From: an uncultured Bacilli bacterium | Lineage (GTDB): Bacteria; Bacillota_I; Bacilli_A; RF39; UBA660 | Direction: 5' to 3' | Length of the DNA: 64,000 nucleotides | NCBI GenBank assembly: GCA_934096125.1 | Contig: CAKOLB010000001.1 | Coordinates: 75,487-139,486 of the forward strand | Shown here: positions 58,807 through 64,000 of the stretch, one piece after another | Layout: each line of letters begins with the position of its first letter | Numbering within the stretch: position 1 is the stretch's first letter | Made by a program: the position numbers and the translations under genes | Notes under the pieces: model-generated | What the model saw: the letters and a program-made list of their open reading frames with translations, nothing else | Database searches by the model: none | What the model was told of the DNA's origin: nothing

Positions 58807-58838
58807 ATGTTAATTTAAATTTGAAGTGTCACACTTCA
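58807..58838. repeat. inverted-repeat motif, copy 2 (ATGTTAATTTAAATTTGAAGTG-TCA-CACTTCA)
   Basis: Shares ATGTTAATTT...AATTTGAAGTGnnACACTTCA with 38416-38445. It is followed on the minus strand by a stop-ridden gene remnant (58380-58752). Confidence 0.55.
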
Positions 58839-58904
58839 CCAATTGAAAAAGACACATGAATAACCTATAATATCTGACAGTTAAACAAGAAATACTGGAG
58901 TTTT

Positions 58905-59077
58905 ATGTCTGATAAAAATAATACTACAAACACAGTAAAAACCAATATCATCATTTAAACAAAGATGACAGAGTAAAAATTGAGTCTTTAATTAATCAAA
59001 AAAATAAAGACGGTAAAAGATTGTTTAACAACACTTGTGTTCATAAATCTACTATATCAAGAGAACTAAAAAAGTAA
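58905..59077 (+). mobile_element. IS30-family transposase N-terminal remnant (frameshifted, truncated)
   Basis: The frame from about 58943 reads HLNKDDRVKIESLINQKNKDGKRLFNNTCVHKSTISRELKK*, the IS30 HTH pattern (HLt.eeR..Ie.l......sTIsREikR). The ATG at 58905 is in another frame. Confidence 0.5.
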
Positions 59078-59193
59078 GGTAAAAAATATATCTTTACTTA
59101 TCAAAAGTTTTCTCGGCATAAAACATCATATAAACAGTATAGGCTTATTCATAAAAAGTTGCACTTGACTTTTTAATTAATAAAATTTCACTT

Positions 59194-60084
59194 CTATTTA
59201 CTTCCAATTAAATATTTATTATCTTCATTTACTTGTTGTTGTAATACTTCTAATTCCTTAACATTCTTATTATTTCTTAAAGCTTCCATTTGATTTCTTG
59301 CTGATTCATTTAATTGAATAAGTCTATTAGATTGTTTTATATTCATTCTAATCAATTCTGCATTTATGTTTTCTAAATTATTTAAAATAATTAGATGAAA
59401 TAAATCTATATAATCCCTCATACTTCCATTTTTAGCGGGCTTTGGATTATCTTCTCTCCATTCTTTAGCAATCATACCAAACAATGCAACATTTAATACA
59501 TCAGCTTCATTTGCATATACAAACTTAATTTGTTGTTCTGTTAAAGTAGGAACTATATATTTTTTAATTGCATCAGTATGAACATCATAATTTAATTTAG
59601 ATAATAATCTATTTGCATGCCATTCCATTTTTTCTTGATATGTTTCATTTCTTTTTAATCTTTCAAATTCTTTAATTAAATATAATTTAAATTCAGGACT
59701 AATCCAACTGGCAAACTCGAAAGCAATATCACTTCTTGCAAAAGTTCCACCACCATATTTACCAGATTTAGAAATAATACCAATAGCATTTGTTTCCCTA
59801 ATCCATTTTTAAGGGGACATAGTAAATGCATGTCTTCCTGCTTCATTTTTAAACTGGTCGAATTCGACCACTTTAAAATTTTCATTATTTAATTCTTCCC
59901 ATACACCTAGAAAAGAAATTGTTTCTTTATTTCTTAATCAATTTTTAACAACATCTGCTGGTGCTTCATCATTTTGAGTTTTTGCTAAATAAGTTAATGA
60001 TATATATTCGTATCCCTCAACTCTAACTACATTAATTTTCCTACCTTTAACATCCATCTCTGATTGAATTATATTATTTTTCAT
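59194..60084 (-). pseudogene. KilA-N domain protein gene with two in-frame stops
   Basis: A single frame reads MKNNIIQSEMDVKGRKINVVRVEGYEYISLTYLAK...VVKN(TGA)LRNKETISFLGVWEELNNENF...FTMSP(TAA)KWIRETNAIGIISKSGKYGGGTFARSDIAFEFASWISPEFKLYLIKEFERLK...MEWHAN.... The stops are at 59938-59940 and 59809-59811. Confidence 0.7.
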
Positions 60085-60403
60085 AAGTTTTTACTTTATG
60101 AATTAGTTAACAGCATATGACCAATCAACTCATATTTTCATCTAATATAAATTTTACCATAAAATTATTGTTCTAAATCATATTTTTTACTATTATAACT
60201 ATTAAATGTATTTTGTATATATTCAAAGAAACGAATTTATCTTGTAAGAACTTTATGAATTTATTCCATAATTCTCTTAAATAATCTAATACTTTTTATA
60301 ATTTAAATACTTTATCTTCTAACATATCAATAATATCTACTGCAAACTCTAATTTCTTTTTTACAATATTTCATTTTACCTACCATTTCTTTATCAGCAA
60401 CAA

Positions 60404-60436
60404 AAAATACCAACTTCTTTCAGAAATTGGTATTTT
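60404..60436 (-). terminator. intrinsic terminator downstream of the tRNA pair
   Basis: AAAATACCAA-13 nt-TTGGTATTTT with a trailing T-run on the minus strand. Confidence 0.55.
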
Positions 60437-60480
60437 CTATATTAAGTCCAAAACTATAAAAGTCTGGCCAGATTTCTCTT

Positions 60481-60565
60481 TGGTGCAGGTGAAGAGACTT
60501 GAACTCCCACGGATTAATCCACTAGATCCTAAGTCTAGCGCGTCTGCCAATTCCGCCACACCTGC
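60481..60565 (-). tRNA. tRNA-Leu (anticodon UAG), CCA encoded
   Basis: Cloverleaf read by hand: acceptor GCAGGTG/CACCTGC, anticodon loop CUUAGGA, long variable arm, TTCAAGT T-loop, and 3' ACCA. Confidence 0.9.
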
Positions 60566-60571
60566 GACTTA

Positions 60572-60648
60572 TGGTGGACCTCGCAAGACTCGAACTTGCG
60601 ACAACTCGGTTATGAGCCGAGGGCTCTAACCAACTGAGCTAGAGGTCC
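60572..60648 (-). tRNA. tRNA with CAU anticodon (Ile2-lysidine type favoured over elongator Met), CCA encoded
   Basis: GGACCTCTAGCTCAGTTGGTTAGAGC...GGCTCATAACCGAG...GTTCGAGTC...GGTCCACCA. The GGACC acceptor and CTCATAAC loop resemble Firmicutes tRNA-Ile(CAU). Confidence 0.85.
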
Positions 60649-60750
60649 AACGACAAACTAATAATATCACAAATAAATGTGATAGACAAGTACTTTTCAC
60701 GAAAAAAATATAAAAACTTGAGCAACCCCCATTAACTCAAGTCCTTATAA

Positions 60751-61170
60751 TTATTTATCTTGCAACATATTAAGTAAATCAATCTTAAACATATCTTTAG
60801 AAGCATTTTCTTTAGATATCATAATTCCTTTATATGTTGTAAGCTCAGATCTATGTCCCTCTAACAAAATATCAGAAGGAGTAATTGTTTCCAGTACCAC
60901 AACCTCATCTTTCTTATGTACTGTATAAATTAGTTTAACATCTCCATGAATTTGAGCAAACATCTTATCGCTCGGTAACTTAAGTTCATACTTTTCAGTA
61001 CCATTTTTTTTATTGACAGAAATTACTTCTCCAACAAACTTTCCACTTCGAAGCGCTGGATAGTAATCAAACATAAGCTTTTTAAAAGCTAAAGTATTAT
61101 ACTTCTTAAGTGCCCTTTCTAACTTCTTAAATTCGTTCTCACAAACGTATTCTAGTACATATCCTTTCAT
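60751..61170 (-). CDS. hypothetical protein (139 aa) with RelE/ParE-like sequence pattern
   Basis: The AGGGGG RBS precedes ATG 61170 (the track start at 61257 is unlikely). The ...EFKKLERALKK...GKFVGEV...YELKLP...VKLIYTVHKKDEVVVLETI pattern is reminiscent of RelE/ParE toxins. No adjacent antitoxin ORF was seen. Confidence 0.4.
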   Translation of the reverse strand: MKGYVLEYVCENEFKKLERALKKYNTLAFKKLMFDYYPALRSGKFVGEVISVNKKNGTEKYELKLPSDKMFAQIHGDVKLIYTVHKKDEVVVLETITPSDILLEGHRSELTTYKGIMISKENASKDMFKIDLLNMLQDK

Positions 61171-61304
61171 TTTTCCATACCCCCTAATTACTCGAACATC
61201 TAAATTATACCACTTTCTGTAAACTTTGTCAACTTTCCGCAAATTTATCATGTTCATAGTATTGCCACAATGGGTTTAAAGTATACCATAAAACCTTAGA
61301 ACTG

Positions 61305-62474
61305 TCAAATTTCTGATTTGAAAAATTTAATTACAAACGCACTTCCTTTATCTTTGTTATTTAAAGCAACAATACTTCCATTATCTTTATTAATTATTTC
61401 TTTAGCAAGAGAAAGGCCAATTCCAAAATTATTATTTTTATAATTACTTTTATAAAATCTATCAAAAATGTGTTTTATATCTTTATCTTTAATACCTGGC
61501 CCCTCATCGCTAATCTCTATTTTAACTGAGTAACCAATATCAATAAAAGAAATACTTATAACACCATTTTCTGGGCTATATTCGATAGCATTTTTAATTA
61601 TATTGGAAAGAGCTTCCTTTTCCCATTTATAATCGGCATAGATAAAGGCATCATTGCTTCCCGTAAAATTCACTTTAACATTTTTAGCCTTTGCAAGCGT
61701 ATCAACAGCTTTTACAGCATCTGAAATTAGTCTTACCAAATATACTTTTTCTTTTTTAAATTTAACCACACTTGCATCAAATGAAGAAAGTTTAAGCAAA
61801 GCCATAATTAAGAAATTAATGTTTTCAGTTTGCATTCGCATATCTTCCAAAAATTCATATCGCATACTTTTTGGCACATCTTCCTCGAGCAAAGTATCAA
61901 GCATAATCATAATTGATGTCAAAGGTGTCTTTAACTGATGCGAAATATTAGCAAGATTATCTTTAATAATACTTTTTTCTTTTAATAAATTAGCAGCATT
62001 TTCCCTTAATGTTATCGTTGTTTTATATATTTCATTTTTAAGTTTTGAAACTCTTCCCTCTTCATTACATGTAAGCTCTAAATCATATATTCCCCGGTTA
62101 ATCTTTTCTAAATAACTAATAAGTTCATCTATTTTTTCTTTCTCTTTTTTCCTATAATTTCTATAAACTATAAAACCTCCCAGAAAAAGCCCGCCAAAAA
62201 GTAAAGAGTCCAAAGTTAAAGTTTGAATATAAGTTTTATTCAAAGCTTTTATATAACTAATATCACTTTTAACAAACCCATATCTTTGTAAAGTACTTCC
62301 ACCAGCATCACCATCATTTAGTATTTTCACAAGACTTTCTTCATCAATATCACTACTACTTGCTACCCTTAAAACAAAATCATTCATAACAGATGCATAC
62401 TTAACATAATTTTGATAAGAGACTAAAGTTCCAAAAAGAAGCAAAAGTATAAACGATGCACACACCTTTTTCAT
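61305..62474 (-). CDS. sensor histidine kinase
   Basis: Two TM helices, HisKA (ISHQLKTPLTSI) and HATPase_c (N box NAIEYS, G boxes DEGPGI, GIGLSLAKE). Confidence 0.9.
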   Translation of the reverse strand: MKKVCASFILLLLFGTLVSYQNYVKYASVMNDFVLRVASSSDIDEESLVKILNDGDAGGSTLQRYGFVKSDISYIKALNKTYIQTLTLDSLLFGGLFLGGFIVYRNYRKKEKEKIDELISYLEKINRGIYDLELTCNEEGRVSKLKNEIYKTTITLRENAANLLKEKSIIKDNLANISHQLKTPLTSIMIMLDTLLEEDVPKSMRYEFLEDMRMQTENINFLIMALLKLSSFDASVVKFKKEKVYLVRLISDAVKAVDTLAKAKNVKVNFTGSNDAFIYADYKWEKEALSNIIKNAIEYSPENGVISISFIDIGYSVKIEISDEGPGIKDKDIKHIFDRFYKSNYKNNNFGIGLSLAKEIINKDNGSIVALNNKDKGSAFVIKFFKSEI

Positions 62475-63112
62475 ATATCCACCCTATACCCTATTCCTTT
62501 AATAGTTTTAATAAAACTTTCATTCTGAAGTTTTTCTCTAATTCTCTTAATATATACAGTTAACGTATTATCATTTACAAACTTCCCTGACATATCCCAT
62601 ATTTTATTTATTATTACTTCCCTTGTCATAATTTTATTTTTATTTTCAAGCAGCATAAATAAAATCTTCATCTCAAGACTAGTTAGACTGACTTCTTTTG
62701 AAAAAGAAAATACTCTTGCACTCTCTAAATCAATCACTAAATTTTCATACTCTATTTTTTTTATCATTTTCGTTCTTTTTATAATACTATTAATTCTTGA
62801 TAACAACTCTTTAGACCTAAATGGCTTTATTATATAGTCAAATGCTCCCATATCTATAGCTTTTACAACATCATCTTCTAAAGCTACAGCACTTAAAACA
62901 AGCATTGGGATAAACTTATACTCTTTTAAAAAATCAAGGCCACTTCCATCAGGAAGCATTACATCAAGTATAACTAAAACATAATTATTATTTATTTTTT
63001 CTCTAGCTTCTTGAATAGTCTTAGCAATATCCACCTCATAATCATGTTGCATAAGTAAATATCTAGTTGCCTTACTTATCATTTCATCATCTTCAACCAA
63101 AAGTATCTTCAT
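62471..63112 (-). CDS. OmpR-family response regulator
   Basis: Receiver domain (MKILLVEDDE...LDVMLPDG) plus a winged-helix C-terminus (GIGYRV). ATG at 63112 with a GAGGTGG RBS. Confidence 0.9.
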   Translation of the reverse strand: MKILLVEDDEMISKATRYLLMQHDYEVDIAKTIQEAREKINNNYVLVILDVMLPDGSGLDFLKEYKFIPMLVLSAVALEDDVVKAIDMGAFDYIIKPFRSKELLSRINSIIKRTKMIKKIEYENLVIDLESARVFSFSKEVSLTSLEMKILFMLLENKNKIMTREVIINKIWDMSGKFVNDNTLTVYIKRIREKLQNESFIKTIKGIGYRVDI

Positions 63113-63153
63113 ACGCCACCTCACAATAATTATGCCAAAGGTTTGATCAAATA

Positions 63154-64000
63154 TCAAACATTTTCATTTCTAATTACATCTATAATATTTTCATTCTTTG
63201 TCTTTCGAAGCGCAAAATATAAAATCAAATTAACTAAAATAAATACTACGACAACTGCAATTAACACAGCTACAAGAGGGAAATGATACCCAAAGTCACT
63301 ACCATTTGCAAATGCTTTATAAATAGCAAATGAACCTAATAAACCTAAAGGAATACCAATAATTAATGCTTTCGTAGAATACATAATTGACTCTAAGTTA
63401 ATCATTTTATTAAATTCATTTTTAGTCATACCAATAGACTTAAGCATAGCAAACTCTCTTCTTCTTAAATTCATATTAGTACTTATTGTATTAATAATAT
63501 TAGTAACACCAATTAAACTGATAACAATAATAAAACCATACAAGAATATTGATACTAAAATAATTAAACTTCTTTGTGCTTTAGCCTCTGTTTCAATATT
63601 AAACAAATTATAATTTGTAATATTTTTATCAAGTAGATATTCTTTAATTAAACTTTCTAGTTTTTCACAATCAGTAGATTTAATATATAAACTTCTTGAA
63701 TCAGTAGCATTTACATTATAATTAGATATAATATAATCATAAAATTCATCACTTACTATAAATGTTGGCGCTGCACTATATATATTTTGAAATCCCATTG
63801 GTAAGGTATCAATTCTTTTTAAAATTTTAATACTTAATTCTTTATTATTAATAGAACCTGTTACTGTTTTAAATTTATTTAAATCCAATAAATTTACTTC
63901 TTTATAATTTTTACTATTCTCTTCATAAAACATACCTTTATCAATTAATAATCCTTTATAACTATAATCACTTTCATTTAAATTATTTTCATTAAGTATT
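63154..64000 (-). CDS. FtsX-family ABC transporter permease, C-terminal part (CDS continues beyond the right edge)
   Basis: C-terminal FtsX domain (REFAMLKSIGMTKNEF..., four TM helices). The frame is open from 63933 to 64000, so the track Met is internal. Adjacent to a TCS, as in BceAB-RS-type modules. Confidence 0.8.
   Translation of the reverse strand, partial: ILNENNLNESDYSYKGLLIDKGMFYEENSKNYKEVNLLDLNKFKTVTGSINNKELSIKILKRIDTLPMGFQNIYSAAPTFIVSDEFYDYIISNYNVNATDSRSLYIKSTDCEKLESLIKEYLLDKNITNYNLFNIETEAKAQRSLIILVSIFLYGFIIVISLIGVTNIINTISTNMNLRRREFAMLKSIGMTKNEFNKMINLESIMYSTKALIIGIPLGLLGSFAIYKAFANGSDFGYHFPLVAVLIAVVVVFILVNLILYFALRKTKNENIIDVIRNENV

Noticed and set aside
59676-59885. Track ORF of 69 aa.
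   Set aside because: It is an alternative frame of the KilA-N pseudogene with no RBS. The KilA-N frame gives a clear family match through the same DNA.
59809-59940. Genetic code 4 (TGA = Trp) for this organism, suggested by TGA at a Trp position in the KilA-N gene.
   Set aside because: Long essential genes (polC, dnaE, relA, ppdK, dnaK) are intact under code 11 and several terminate at TGA-compatible stops. The same gene also has an in-frame TAA. Pseudogenisation is the simpler reading.

Overview
AT-rich (visibly about 30% G+C) Bacillota-type chromosomal segment that uses the standard genetic code: PolC, DnaE and RelA read through intact with TGA as a stop. The lineage is probably a low-GC Erysipelotrichia or Mollicutes-related gut organism, but this cannot be proven from sequence alone. 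Almost all genes lie on the minus strand, the co-orientation typical of PolC-containing Firmicutes. The backbone consists of housekeeping blocks syntenic with Bacillus subtilis. These are mreC-mreD-spoIVFA/FB-like-rplU-prp-rpmA; hrcA-grpE-dnaK-(tldD-pmbA)-dnaJ ... mtaB-recD2; polC-dnaE in tandem; rpmB; ppdK; relA-dtd; tig; greA; and the yrr block (trhP-like U32 pair, trmR, mltG, DUF1292, ruvX, ireB). Two tRNAs and a two-component system next to an FtsX-type permease are also present. Small accessory islets interrupt this backbone. (1) At 38.3-40.5 kb, between rpmB and ppdK, there is a complete type III toxin-antitoxin-like locus: promoter, 2 x 49-nt RNA repeats with compensatory stem changes, terminator, and a ToxN/AbiQ-like ORF, plus an orphan third repeat downstream. 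Next to it is a type I TA-like pair: an unannotated 42-aa hydrophobic peptide with a sequestered SD, and a convergent antisense sRNA. (2) A paralogous family of signal-anchored surface proteins (403, 508 and 516 aa) is paired with an XRE regulator, with two decayed copies elsewhere and an anomalous GC-rich patch in the shared 3' module. (3) An orphan HerA/DUF87 ATPase. (4) Two DUF4143 AAA ATPases, one of them frameshifted. (5) A degraded mobile-element region next to the tRNAs, with IS30 debris and a KilA-N pseudogene. A GC-enriched, about 170-nt closed-stem structured RNA candidate lies at 849-1023. No CRISPR array, rRNA or intact transposase was seen.
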